Positions 25,300 to 37,344 of a DNA stretch of 64,000 nucleotides are shown in pieces. Source of the stretch: Torpedo marmorata (Eukaryota); NCBI GenBank assembly GCA_977017645.1, contig OZ360245.1:6944001-7008000 (forward strand). Direction: 5' to 3'. The number at the start of each line of letters is the position of its first letter. The first letter of the stretch is position 1. The position numbers and the translations under genes were made by a program. Under the pieces are notes generated by a model that saw only the letters and a list, made by a program, of their open reading frames with translations, ran no database searches and was not told the origin of the DNA.

Positions 25300-25685
25300 C
25301 TCTCCAACCTTATGGAACAGACATTTTTAAGAGGCGCTGCCTCAAGAAAGAAGCTTCTATCATCAAGGACCCTCACCACCCAAGCCATGTCCTTTTCTCA
25401 CTGCTGTCATCAGGAAGGAGGTACAGGAGCCCGAAGACACACACTCAATTTTACAAAAACAGCTTCTTCCCCTCCTCCATCAGATTTCTGAACGGACAAT
25501 GAATCTATGAACACTTCCTCACTTTTTCTCCTTTTTGCACAAGTTATTTTTATTTTTTAAAATCTTGTATTTACGGAATTGTAATTTATACAGGTAGTAG
25601 TTTTGGACCTTACAATGCACAATACTGCTGCCACAAAGCAACAAATTTCGTGACACATGTTCATGACAATGAACCTGATTCTTAC
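25300..25685 (+). mobile_element. Rex-Babar LINE 3' fragment
   Basis: IKDPHHPSHVLFSLLSSGRRYRS remnant; tail CATGACAATGAACCTGATTCT. Confidence 0.75.
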
Positions 25686-26132
25686 ATCCTCCAACCTTGA
25701 ATTAGATTTCCTTTCTTCATTCCATGATCAATATCAGTGCCTTCTGAAAACATATTCTTTCACAAGTATTTGCTATTTTCAAAAAAAGTTCTTCAATATC
25801 TATTTCTGTTTATCTCAGAAGAGGTAAGTTACTGAGAAAAAATAAGGATACATATTTTCCTCAAATGGTTATAAATATTTGAAATTTTCTGACTCAAGAA
25901 TGCTGTGGATGCCCAACCATTCAGTATATTCAACAGTTCCTATATTCAAGAATACCAAGGGAATCAGAGGAAAAAGGGGATCAAGAGGAAAGAATCAGCC
26001 ACAATCTCGATAGGGTAAATAGGCAGATAAAGACTATAGGACACTTATTTTAAGACTTAAATGAGGATAAAATAGGGATATGAACAAAAACTTTCCCATT
26101 CATCCCCCTCCCCTCCTCACACCCCCCGTATG

Positions 26133-26138
<6 letters not shown>

Positions 26139-26173
<35 letters not shown>
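26139..26173. repeat. (CA)n microsatellite
   Basis: Direct reading. Confidence 0.95.
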
Positions 26174-26177
<4 letters not shown>

Positions 26178-26740
26178 TCATCTGGAGCTCACTTCCCCTA
26201 AGCATGGTGAAAGTAGTCAATCAGCATTTTCAAGGTAATTGATGGAAAGAAATATGTGGGCAAAGTAGGGACTTGGAAATAGGATAGGTCAACCAGCATC
26301 TGAAACAGCCTCAAATGGACTAAATGGCCTCCTTCACTGTCATTAAAACACTGCGCTTCTATGATCTTCTTGGTAGTTCATGAGGTCTACACCAGTCTCT
26401 AGTCCTTATGTTTCCATATTTTTCTACCCCAATAATTTCTCTGCCTCTTCTTTTCTATAAAGTATTTTGTGAACAGATCAAGAAAAATGCAAGCACCATC
26501 ACTGATGTCTGGGATGGTAGGAAATTTTGGGATGGAAGGGAAAGTACTTTTCTTAGTACTTATTAATTTTAAAAATATCATAGACATATGGTACGGTTTT
26601 AAAATTAAAATCAGAAATCTTAAGCACAGTCTAAAAGTTATTCTATTAAGTGAATTAGCAAGAACAGCCATTAAAATATTTCTGAGAGCAAAATGTATCT
26701 GTTATTCTTGTGAACAGTTTTGTCAATGTAGTGTGCGCAT

Positions 26741-28211
26741 AAAATTAACTTGGAATTATGAAATGGGTGGTTTACAACTTCCTAATTTTCAAAATTATTA
26801 TAAAGCAGCTCAATTAAAATTTGTTAATGAATTTTTTGATTCAACTAAATCTTCTGCTTGGATTAAGATAGAATTAAATAATATAGGAGAAGACCTTAAA
26901 GAAGAAATTATTTATAAATGGGATTCTAAATTAATATCAATAAAAAAGAATTCGCCCATTTTTAAACATTTGTTAGAAATATGGAATAAGACAGATAAGG
27001 AAATAGGAGCAAAAGGATTGATTTATTCAAAGATGCCTTTATATCAAAATGGACTTATTCCATTTACTATTAATAATCAATTATTTAAAATTTGGTTTCA
27101 AAAAGGAGTTAAGAAGATTAGTGATTGTTTTGAAGCTGGGAAATTTATTACGTTTCAAAGAATGAAAGATAAATTTAATATATTAGATAATACATTTTTG
27201 GCTTATTATCAAATTAAAGCTTTTTTGACTGAGAAATTAGGTTATGCTTTGACTTTACCAAGACAAAATGAATTATAATTATTAGTTATTAATGGAGATG
27301 TTAATAAATTTATTTCTCAAATGTATAAATTGTTTCAGAGGAAAATGCCTAAAGTAGGACTGCATAAATCAAGATTAAAATGGGAATTAGATTTGAATGT
27401 AAATATAGATGAAAATCATTGGAAAGAATTATGTAAATTAAGTATGACGAAGATTATCAACGTTAGATATAGACTAGTTCAATATAATTTTTTTCATCAA
27501 TTATATTTAACACCTAAAAAATTAAAGAAATTTAATCCGGCATTATCAGGTTTATGTTTTAGATGTAATAAAGAGGAAGGGTCTTTTGTACATTGTACAT
27601 GGTTTTGTCCAAAAGTTTATGATTTTTGGTTGAAAGTTAAAAAAATTTTAGATAAAGTATTTAAGATTACATTTCCAATGGATCCTATGATATTTTTGTT
27701 TGGAGATATTAAAAAATTTAGTATTAAGAAGAAATTAAATATGTATCAAGTAGAATTTTTGCGAATTGCTATTACTTGGAAATCTGATTTAGATTTCGGA
27801 TTAGAAAGATGGCATGCAGAACTTCGTTCGTGTATACCACTTGAAAAAATTACTTATAATTTACGTAATAAATATCATTTTTTCTTAAAAATTTGGAGCC
27901 CATATATGAAAGCTGTTGGTTAAAGGATTTGAAGATCTCTGAATATCGGATATACTGGCACACTTGACCTCCATAATAGAATTAGTTTATAGATGGNNNN
28001 NNNNNNNNNNNNNNNNNNNNNNNNNNNNNNNNNNNNNNNNNNNNNNNNNNNNNNNNNNNNNNNNNNNNNNNNNNNNNNNNNNNNNNNNNNNNNNNNNNNN
28101 NNNNNNNNNNNNNNNNNNNNNNNNNNNNNNNNNNNTTTGATAATTTTATATTCTATTTTATGTATTTTGTGATTAAAAATTTTAAAAATATTTTTTTTTA
28201 AAAATAAAAAA
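26741..28211 (+). mobile_element. AT-rich L1-clade LINE, 5'-truncated, spans the N gap
   Basis: GGLQLPNFQNYYKAAQL and LCFRC..HCTWFC; TSD AATGTAGTGTGCRCAT at 26725-26740 and 28212-28227. Confidence 0.9.
27997..28135. other. Assembly gap (N run)
   Basis: Run of n characters. Confidence 0.99.
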
Positions 28212-28597
28212 AATGTAGTGTGCACATTTGAAGAAATACAATTGCTGCAACAATTTTTAAAATAGTGATATCAAAAATTACAATACATTTTGTCATTAAA
28301 TTAAAATTACAAATAGTCTTTTATGTTTTTTGAAAGGAAGAAATTGCCTCAACATGCTAAAATATTAGGCAGTAAGTGGAACTGAGTCCATGGCCAGATC
28401 AGCCATGATCTTAATGAATAGCGAAGCAGGCTCGATAAGCCAACTCCTCCTCTTATTTCTTATGTTCATGCAGTAACGTCACACAATTGAATTTCCACTT
28501 CTCAAATATATTTTTGTAACCAGTATAGAAAATAAATTTTCACACTATAAATTTGAACCTCATTTAAGTTTATCTCAAAGATGACAAGGAGAATGCT

Positions 28598-28752
28598 TAG
28601 ACCATAAGATATAGGAGCAGAAGTAGTCCATTCGGCCCATCGAATCTACTCCGCCATTCCATCATGAGCTGATCCATTCTCCCACTCTGCCCCACTCCCC
28701 TGCCTTCTCCCCATAACCTTTGATACCCTGACTATTCAGATTCCTATCAATA
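28598..28752 (-). mobile_element. CR1 3' tail fragment
   Basis: ACCATAAGATATAGGAGCAGAAGTAG..CATTCGGCCCATCGA. Confidence 0.7.
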
Positions 28753-30094
28753 TTAAATCAATATTACTTTCCAGTCCCTTGATGTTATTGCAGTGGGTCT
28801 TTTGTTTTTACAAAATTAAATACTTTACTTCATAAAAACACGTACATTTGCATTATCATTATAAGCAGCATTTCTCTGATATATTCTTGGTCTTAAATAG
28901 TACAAATTCCTGTTAAACAATACAGAAAGACACTCTAGAACCCTTGATATATTCCAAAGGATTACGGACAATAGTACCTGTCCATGGCTCCTTTGTACAG
29001 GACGTTCCTTGTCTTTGAGCATATACTCCTACCCCTTAAATTGAGTTAGTTTGCAACACTTGGTCATGGATAGTTCCACTAGCTAGAAGATCAGCAGTTT
29101 ACAGATGGACCACAGGGCCTCTTTAACCGAGCTTACAGTCTTCTGTCTGTAGGTGTTATCTGTCTGAGCATGGGCACAGGGAACAACTAACAGAGCAGAG
29201 AATCCTGGAATATGGAGCCATTAAGGATAAACCAGGACAGACCTCTCTCTCCACATCCTGTTCAAAGGTGCATTCCATCAAAAGGTGGATGGCATTCTTA
29301 TTTGTGCTATTTGAGAGGAAGATGTAATGGTGCTGAAATTTCAGTCATTGTAAACTTGATGCTCTTTCCACACCCAATATTCCCAATGCAGATGAACTGA
29401 TTGTTAACATCAATTCCTATTAACAGGATCTTATGCAAAATGCCTGTTGAATTTACCAACACAATAAAAATTACTGCACTATAAAAAAAATCATTATCTT
29501 TGGGGCATCATGAGAATGTTAATAATGTTGGATTAATGCAAATTATTTTTCAATTTCAGACATCAAATCTGCAGCACAGCAACAGGGACTCCTTCATCCT
29601 TCGTCATGTTATCCCTTCAGCATTTGCTTTAATTCATTTGTCCCTCATGCATATCTACACCCTGTGCCACGAATAAACACAACAATGAGGAAATAAGAGC
29701 AAATTTTATTCCAGGAAGTCTCAATGGATACTCTGCAAATGCAGCCACAACAGGAGTGTACTGTGGCAGTATCAGTTTCACTACTCACTCTGATGCCAGA
29801 AGGTACCTACTGAGTGATGTACACATCTACTTGAAAGAGACCCAGCCCTTGCTGAAGAGCTGCAAGAGTCAGTTCCTGGTTTCACAATGTAATAGGATTT
29901 GGGGGAAATTATTTACTTCGCTTTTTGACTCTTGGATTATTTCCAAGGTCCCTGTTGAATTAGGGTCCTCTTTTCTGTGCTGCCTTTCCCCACCGATGTT
30001 TGGAATGATTAAGGTGAGATTGCTGGGACTTCTACTCCTGAATCTTTGTCATTCTTTGCCTCCATTTCTTGGTTTTCCTGACCTTAGGATATCC

Positions 30095-30662
30095 ATGAGG
30101 GATTGCAGACTCCGGGGAGCAGTGGACCTGCGCAGGGCACCAGAAACGAGGAGAACACCCCCCGTTGAGGAGAAGCAGAGGAGATGACCCTACAGGGTGG
30201 TGAACATGGTGGCAGACCAGTGAGGAGCTCAGCTGCTGAGGGATCCACACAGACTGCGGGCAATTTGCGGTCAGGGCACCCGCAAGGGCCGGAGGCTGCT
30301 GGAGACTGGCTTATGGGAACCAGGGATTTGACAGGGTTCTGAGCGCAAGAAGGGCTCCCGAAGGGCCTTGGGCGCTGAAGGCTTCCTGATCATTTCAGAG
30401 ATTTTGATCTGGAGCGCGGGTTGTCAATGAATCGAACAGGAGTCTGTGCGGCTGCAGAAGCTGGTGGAGCGCTGGAGGCGAATCCATGGACACTCAGTAA
30501 CTCTGAAGGGACTCTCTTTTGCTTCTCTTTCTCTCGTACTGACAGGGGTGCCGGGCGACACTAATGGCAACTCTTTGTCTGTCTTAGGGCAGGCAGAAGT
30601 CAATTTCATGTAATATTACATGTTCTGTACTATTACATGACAATAAAGGAGCCTTGAATCTT
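30095..30662 (+). mobile_element. Diverged copy of the GC-rich non-autonomous family
   Basis: Collinear with 16735-17352; tail TGACAATAAAGGAGCCTTGAATCT. Confidence 0.82.
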
Positions 30663-31013
30663 TAATCTGAGAAATGTCAGGTCAGAAAAGGGATTCAATG
30701 GGACTTTACTCCCAATTCCTCTTTGGTGTAACTGGAACTGAACACCTCCTGGATCCAAACTCCATCATCATAATAATATACTCAAATATCTTTGTTATCT
30801 CCACAGTGACATAATAAAAGTAAATTCTCATGTTAAAATTCTAACAGTGAGAATGCATGGTAGCCAAAATGCCAGGAGTATCCTAAGCATGGGTAGAATA
30901 TTGGTTCCCTTTTGGAGCTGCTAGCTGGCAGGGAAATGTGCAAAATGGTTGCAGGACAGTAGTTCAGAAAGTTTACTCTTCAAAGGACAAAGTTAATTTG
31001 CTTCTAAACTCAC

Positions 31014-31166
31014 CGGTAAATCGAAGTGTTCATCATCAAAATAATGTCCATCCCACACCTCTGTTGTAATACTGCTGTATTCTTTTGTGAGTTTCAACCA
31101 TTTTTTGTGCAGACATTCTTCCATGACAGATTTCACAGGATGCGAAATCACATAATCCAGAAAATT
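31014..31166 (-). CDS. Host gene internal exon (NFLDYVISHP...WDGHYFDDEHFDLP)
   Basis: Acceptor TTTGTTTTCTTTCTGTTTAG; donor CCG|GTGAGT; 153 nt open, phase 0-0. Confidence 0.8.
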
Positions 31167-32647
31167 CTAAACAGAAAGAAAACAAATATAAATGTTTTCT
31201 GTATATTCTTGGAATGAATCTTGCTGTCATAATTAAAATTATTTTACTCACATTAGGTAGAGCTATAAAACAGGTGAGCGAGTGCTTAAATACAGAGGCC
31301 TAGAAATTATAGTGCAGACATAAAGGTACGCTCAATTATCAGCAAAAAGGTGAATGCTTCAGTTGTTGGATCCCTCTGAAAACCCACACACATCTCTCAC
31401 CACGTCCTGTGCAAAGGTGTATTCCATCAGAAAGTGCCTGACATTCTCATTTGTAGAAGGGAGGGGAGTGGGCTGAAATTCTAATCAACTTAAACTTGTT
31501 ATTCCATCCTCAGCCAATATTACCAATGCCGATGCACTGGTTATTCATGTCAATTCCTTTTAGACAAATCTTGGTTTGTGCAGACAATAGATTGCACATT
31601 GAACATTTTCAATGTTCCCATCCAGTGCTCCATTTTGGTTGGGCCTCTGCTGTGGACCAGGTGGAACTGCTGTAGCTAGGGGATGGGAAGCACATGGCAT
31701 TGGGGACTGATAACGATGAGCAGGATGGGGGAATGTTGGTGGGTTGAGAGGAAGAGGTAAGAAATTGGGGATTGGACCCCGAAGATGAAGAGTTGGAGGC
31801 AGAATGGATTGGGTTGATGTGGGGTATGGGGGAGGAAAGTTCCAGTTCAGTGTCTTAACTTGGCATTCCAATCCAGCAGTGCAAACCATATTATTGCTCG
31901 AGTGCACACTGATGGTCACTCTCAGGTCAATGAGACACAAGTTCCCCTTCAACGTTCCTGATGCAGTGTTGGATGACAAATGGTATCATCCTATTGTTAT
32001 GGACCATGACTGACCATTTGGACTGCGGACGGTTAGCAGGAAGGATGAATTCTTTTGGAGTATACACTGGGGCCAGGTACTGAAAGAGTTAACTTCCCCA
32101 GCTACTTGGTGTACCCAGACAAGATACATTGTTGCACACTTCTGGTGTACCCAGACAGAGAGAGACCAGAGAGAGAGACAGAGACAGGCTGAAGAAGATA
32201 CATTTGTTTCACTTCTGCAAAAAGCAGGGGACGTCATCAGAGAAGAAAACAAGTATTTGTAAGCATAATCAGTCATTGTCTCTCTCCAACGTTCATTCAG
32301 AAGTACTTCTACCAGACCCAGAGCTGAAGTGAAGCCTGAACTTAGAGAGTGAATCTTGTGGACTGTTTATCTTTTTTTTGACTGACTTGTTGTTTTATGA
32401 CTGACCTGGGGTTTTTGGGGAAAGTTTTTCCATTTTTTTTCCATAAGGGTTGGGCACAGACTGTAATGGTCTGGGCTTTACACACACACACATACACCTT
32501 TTAGATAAGAATAGAGTTTATAGACGTTTATAGTGGGGTTAATTGTTGTGAAATTATATGTTTACTTGTGTTTAATAAATAATAATTTCAGTTTTACCCC
32601 TTTTGCATTGCGTCTTCTGTCGCTGCTGGTTTGATTCTGTAACAAAT

Positions 32648-32670
32648 TGGGGGCTCGTCCGGGATTTGAA
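32648..32670 (+). promoter_or_regulatory. Primer binding site, tRNA-Pro
   Basis: TGGGGGCTCGTCCGGGATTTGAA, complement of the tRNA-Pro 3' end. Confidence 0.93.
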
Positions 32671-32775
32671 TCAAAATCCATCTTGGTAATTGAAGGAATC
32701 CCAGTTTGGTTTAAGGCATTCCTTTTGGTAAAGCTAATTAAAAGCTAGTGTGTGTGTAACAAAAAACTAGCAACA

Positions 32776-35700
32776 ATGGATGTAGAACATTTTTTGGAAT
32801 CACCTGAACCTGATACTTTAAAAAAGGCGAAAAAGGAACAGTTAGTGGCTATAGCAACAGAGTTGGGCATTGCTTCTGTAAAACCATCTATGAAAAAGGC
32901 AGAGATTGGGAGAAAAATTGTCAAGTACTATATAAAAGAAAAAAAGTTTGAGGAGAGCATGTTAGAGCAGTTTCCCAAGGGTAAACCTTCTGAAAACATA
33001 CAATTGGAAATAAAGAAATTGGAATTGGAACAAAAGAACAGGGAATTGGAGGCAGACAGGGAACAAAAGAAATTAGAGGCAGAATTGGAACGAAAGAGAT
33101 TAGACTTAGAGAACGATGAGAGAAATAGGAAATATGAGTTGGAAAAGATGAGGTTGGAAAATGAGAGGAGACAAGGAGAGCGCCAAGATCAAATTCGTCA
33201 TCCTGCTGAGGGGTTTTTGGCTAGTAGAGAAGTTAGGTTAGTTCCTCCATTTGAGGAGGCAGAAATAGATAAGTACTTCCAACATTTTGAGAAGGTGGCT
33301 GTGAAATTAAAATGGCCACACGACCAATGGTCTCTTATGTTGCAAAGTGTAATAAAAGGAAAAGCTCAGCAAGCTTATTCTACTCTTACCACAGAACAAG
33401 CTGCTGATTATGAAACGGTGAAAAAGGCTATACTCCAGGCTTATGAGTTAGTTCCAGAGGCTTATAGACAGAAGTTTAGAAATTTAAAAAGATCAGCAAC
33501 CCAATCTTATACAGAGTTTGCCTATGAAAAGGTTGTGTGTTTTGACAGGTGGTGCACATCTAAGGAAGTAAACAATGATTACAATCAATTGAGAGAATTG
33601 ATAATAATCGAGGAGATTAAAAGGTGTGTTCCTGAGGATATTAAGGCATACTTAGATGAAAAGGAGGTGAAAACTTGGCAAAATTCAGCTAAGTTAGCAG
33701 ATGAATATGCTTTAACCCACAAGCCTAAGTGGACGTCAGGTAGAATTTTCCAAAAGGTCACGGTGGATAATCAGAAGCAAGTGGAAAGTAAATTTGGAAG
33801 TGGTGTTAAGGAAAGGGATGAAGGAAAGTGGAAAAGGGAAAACAATTCAGGTCCCATTTGCCACTACTGTAGAAAGGCTGGTCATATGCTAGCAAGCTGT
33901 CCAGTGTTGAAAAAGAAGAGAGAAAAGGATGCAACACCTAATGCTTGTATTCAGAGTGAGAAGATGCATAACACCCAGGAAGGAGATAAATTTACTGACC
34001 AAGTTAAAGATGTATTTAAACCTTTTATGACTGATGGTTTTGTTTCAGTTAATGCAGGATCAAAACAAGTGCCAGTGAAAATCTTGAGAGATACTGGAGC
34101 TGCTCAGTCACTTGTGTTAGATAGTGTCTTGGAATTTTGTGAAGCTACTGACACCGGTGACATAAATTTAATAAAAGGAATTGGTGGTGAAGTTGAGTCC
34201 ATTCCTTTGCACAAAATAGTATTGAACTCAGACTTGGTGGAAGGACCAGTTATAATAGGAGTGAGATCAGAGTTGCCAGTAGAAGGAGTCTCACTGTTGC
34301 TAGGCAATGACTTGGCCAAGGGTAAAGTAGTTCCTGCAGTGCGAATGACCACTAAGCCAGTCATTGATAAGTCAGAGAAGGACTCTGATATTTATCCGGC
34401 ATGTGCCATAACCAGGGCCATGTCTAAGAAAAATGTCACTGTAGAGAAGGCAGTGGAAAATAACTTGGTAAAAGAAAAAGAAACTGATAATCAAGAAAAC
34501 CTGGAAAAGGTTGAGCAATCTCCTATGTTACACCCATCCACTGATAAGACACCTAAAGGCACAGATTTGTCACTATCCCGACAGGAGTTAATAGCAAGGC
34601 AAAAGGACGATCCGGATCTTGCTGAGGTGAGGGATAAGGTTCTCTCTGAAGAGGAGATTAAAAAGGTGCCAGTAGGGTATTATGAAAAAGATGGGGTGTT
34701 GATGAGAAAGTGGAGACCACGTGATGTTCCTGCCAATGAAGAATGGGCAGTAGTGCAGCAGGTTGTGATCCCTAAAGTATATAGGGATGAAATAATAACT
34801 TTGGCTCATAGTACACCCTTAGGTGGTCATCTTGGGGTGAAGAAAACTATAAGTAAGATAATGAAACAGTTTTATTGGCCCAGTTTAAGAAGGGAGGTTG
34901 TAAGCTTTTGCCGGGCCTGTCACACTTGTCAGGTGGTGGGTAAACCTAATCAGGGTCCCCCGGTGGCACCCTTGCAACCTATCCCTGCGTTTAGTGAGCC
35001 TTTCTCGAGAGTAATTGTGGACTGTGTTGGCCCATTGCCCAAAACCAAAGCGGGGAATGAGTATTTGTTAACAATTATGTGTGCAGCCACCAGATTTCCA
35101 GAGGCCATTCCTCTGAGAAACATAAAAGCAAAGTCAATTGTAAAGGCTATGGTAAAGTTTTTCACCTTGGTAGGTTTGCCAAGAGAAATTCAATCAGATC
35201 AGGGCAGTAATTTCATGTCAGGCGTTTTCCAACAAGTGGTTGATGGACTAGGAGTTAAACAGATTGTATCCTCTGCGTACCATCCAGAAAGTCAAGGGGC
35301 CTTGGAGAGGTTCCATTCGACTTTGAAAAACATGATTAGAACCTATTGTTGTGAGAAGGAAAAGGATTGGGATGAGGGGGTTCATTTGTTGTTATTTGCA
35401 GCGAGGGAGTCTGTCCAAGATTCGCTTGGTTTTAGTCCATTTGAGTTAGTTTTCGGACATGAGGTGAGAGGTCCTTTAAGATTATTAAAAGAACAGTGGA
35501 TTAATCGTGATGTGCATTTAAATCTGTTAGACTATGTTTCCAAATTTAAGGATCGGTTACATAGGGCTTGTGAGATGGCAAAGGAGAATTTAAAGGCCAC
35601 TCAACAGAGAATGAAGGTTTGGTATGATCGAAAGGCGAAGATGAGAACTTTTAAACCTGGTGAGAACGTATTAGTTTTGTTTCCCATCCATTCAAATCCT

Positions 35701-37344
35701 CTTAGGGCTAGATTTTCAGGACCCTATAGAGTTAAGTCAAAAATTAACGATGTTACCTATGTCATAGAAACACCTAATCGCAGACGAGACACACAGGTCT
35801 GTCATGTGAATATGATTAAGCCATATTTTGAACAGGTGCCACACAAAGGGACTGAAAATGTACCAGAGGTATTGGTTATTGATCAGGGTAAGGAGGAGAC
35901 AGATGAAACCAGTTTCAGAGAGGGTCATGGGACACAGAAATTGATAAGCCCGAGGTTAGAAAATTCCATGATTTTGCGCAATCTGGAGGCAAAGTTGGCT
36001 CATCTGAAAACTTCAGAAAAGGAAGAGATGAGTCAGTTATTTTTAAAATTTATAAGTTTATTTCCTGATGTGCCTCAGAAAATTTCCATCGCTTATCATG
36101 ATGTGGATGTAGGTGATGCAAGACCGATAAAACAGCATCCCTATCGAATCAATGCGGAAAAGTGCAAACTGGTAGTTCAGGAAATTGACTACATGGTAAA
36201 GAACAATATTATTCGAAAGTCTACTTCAAATTGGAGTTCCCCTTGTGTTCTAGTGCCGAAGCCTGATGGAACGGTTAGGTTTTGTACTGATTATAGGAAA
36301 GTAAATGCTGTAACCAAGACAGATGCTTATCCTATTCCTAGAATAGATGATTGTATAGACAAGGTGGGGAAGGCCAAATTTCTTACAAAAATTGACTTAT
36401 TAAAAGGATACTGGTGTGTTCCTTTGACAAAAAGGGCTAGGGAGATTTCTGCATTCGTAACACCTTTTGGGCTTTATGAATATAATGTTATGCCTTTTGG
36501 TATGAAGAATGCTCCAGGAACATTTCAGAGAATGATTAATTCAGTGATTCAAGGGTTGGAAAACACAGGTGCTTACATTGATGATTTAATTGTAAGTAGT
36601 GAGACCTGGGAAGAGCATGTCTTTGAGCTAGGACAATTGTTTGAACGACTGTCCAAAGCAAAACTCACAGTTAATTTAAGTAAAAGTGAGTTTGGACATG
36701 CTACTGTTATTTATCTGGGTTATGTAGTAGGACAGGGGCAGTTGGCGCCAGTAGAGGCAAAGGTTGTCGCTATTTCCGAGTTCCCTGTTCCAACTGGTAA
36801 GAAAACTCTGAGGAGGTTCCTGGGAATGATTGGCTACTACCGCAAGTTCTGTAAAAACTTTGCTGATCTTGCGCTCCCTCTCACAAATTTGCTTAGAAAG
36901 AAAGAGAAATTTGTATGGTCAACAGGTTGTCAGGAAGCATTTGTCAAATTGAAAGCCATGTTATGCCACCAACCTGTGCTTAAGTCACCTAATTTAGAAC
37001 AGTCGTTTTCTTTAGCCGTGGATGCGAGCGATGAAGCTGTGGGTGCGGTGCTGTTACAGAAGAAGAACGAAGAGGACATTGACCATCCGGTATCCTACTT
37101 CTCGAAGAAGTTCAATGATCATCAAAGGAATTATTCAACTATAGAGAAAGAGTTGTTGGCTCTTGTGTTGGCTCTACAACATTTTGATGTGTATATCTGT
37201 ACAGCTCAAAAACCACTCATAGTGTATACTGACCATAATCCATTGGTTTTTCTTTGTAAAATGAAAAATAAGAATCGACGGTTGTTGAATTGGAGTCTAA
37301 TTTTACAAGAATTTGGTAATCACTCATATAAAAGGGAGAGATAA
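32776..37344 (+). CDS. Gag-protease-integrase-RT-RNase H polyprotein (Gmr1 domain order)
   Basis: Open ~1520 aa; CHYC knuckle, LRDTGA, HSTPLGGHLG..CHTC, VDCVG, SDQGS, GALER, then YIDD, AVDASD, EKELLA; the natural end DNVIADCLSRC* is out of frame (to 37375). Confidence 0.95.
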   Translation: MDVEHFLESPEPDTLKKAKKEQLVAIATELGIASVKPSMKKAEIGRKIVKYYIKEKKFEESMLEQFPKGKPSENIQLEIKKLELEQKNRELEADREQKKLEAELERKRLDLENDERNRKYELEKMRLENERRQGERQDQIRHPAEGFLASREVRLVPPFEEAEIDKYFQHFEKVAVKLKWPHDQWSLMLQSVIKGKAQQAYSTLTTEQAADYETVKKAILQAYELVPEAYRQKFRNLKRSATQSYTEFAYEKVVCFDRWCTSKEVNNDYNQLRELIIIEEIKRCVPEDIKAYLDEKEVKTWQNSAKLADEYALTHKPKWTSGRIFQKVTVDNQKQVESKFGSGVKERDEGKWKRENNSGPICHYCRKAGHMLASCPVLKKKREKDATPNACIQSEKMHNTQEGDKFTDQVKDVFKPFMTDGFVSVNAGSKQVPVKILRDTGAAQSLVLDSVLEFCEATDTGDINLIKGIGGEVESIPLHKIVLNSDLVEGPVIIGVRSELPVEGVSLLLGNDLAKGKVVPAVRMTTKPVIDKSEKDSDIYPACAITRAMSKKNVTVEKAVENNLVKEKETDNQENLEKVEQSPMLHPSTDKTPKGTDLSLSRQELIARQKDDPDLAEVRDKVLSEEEIKKVPVGYYEKDGVLMRKWRPRDVPANEEWAVVQQVVIPKVYRDEIITLAHSTPLGGHLGVKKTISKIMKQFYWPSLRREVVSFCRACHTCQVVGKPNQGPPVAPLQPIPAFSEPFSRVIVDCVGPLPKTKAGNEYLLTIMCAATRFPEAIPLRNIKAKSIVKAMVKFFTLVGLPREIQSDQGSNFMSGVFQQVVDGLGVKQIVSSAYHPESQGALERFHSTLKNMIRTYCCEKEKDWDEGVHLLLFAARESVQDSLGFSPFELVFGHEVRGPLRLLKEQWINRDVHLNLLDYVSKFKDRLHRACEMAKENLKATQQRMKVWYDRKAKMRTFKPGENVLVLFPIHSNPLRARFSGPYRVKSKINDVTYVIETPNRRRDTQVCHVNMIKPYFEQVPHKGTENVPEVLVIDQGKEETDETSFREGHGTQKLISPRLENSMILRNLEAKLAHLKTSEKEEMSQLFLKFISLFPDVPQKISIAYHDVDVGDARPIKQHPYRINAEKCKLVVQEIDYMVKNNIIRKSTSNWSSPCVLVPKPDGTVRFCTDYRKVNAVTKTDAYPIPRIDDCIDKVGKAKFLTKIDLLKGYWCVPLTKRAREISAFVTPFGLYEYNVMPFGMKNAPGTFQRMINSVIQGLENTGAYIDDLIVSSETWEEHVFELGQLFERLSKAKLTVNLSKSEFGHATVIYLGYVVGQGQLAPVEAKVVAISEFPVPTGKKTLRRFLGMIGYYRKFCKNFADLALPLTNLLRKKEKFVWSTGCQEAFVKLKAMLCHQPVLKSPNLEQSFSLAVDASDEAVGAVLLQKKNEEDIDHPVSYFSKKFNDHQRNYSTIEKELLALVLALQHFDVYICTAQKPLIVYTDHNPLVFLCKMKNKNRRLLNWSLILQEFGNHSYKRER

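Noticed and set aside
26469-26740. N-terminal part of the 269-aa ORF as a novel fusion protein
   Set aside because: Chance read-in from flanking DNA into a truncated L1; the TSD marks the junction
28846-29028. Phase 0-0 open stretch EYMLKDKERP...NDNAN that could insert in frame
   Set aside because: Acceptor lacks a pyrimidine tract; cannot be separated from chance without RNA data
31986-32332. Identical small ORFs repeated at 37452-37843
   Set aside because: Consequence of LTR duplication
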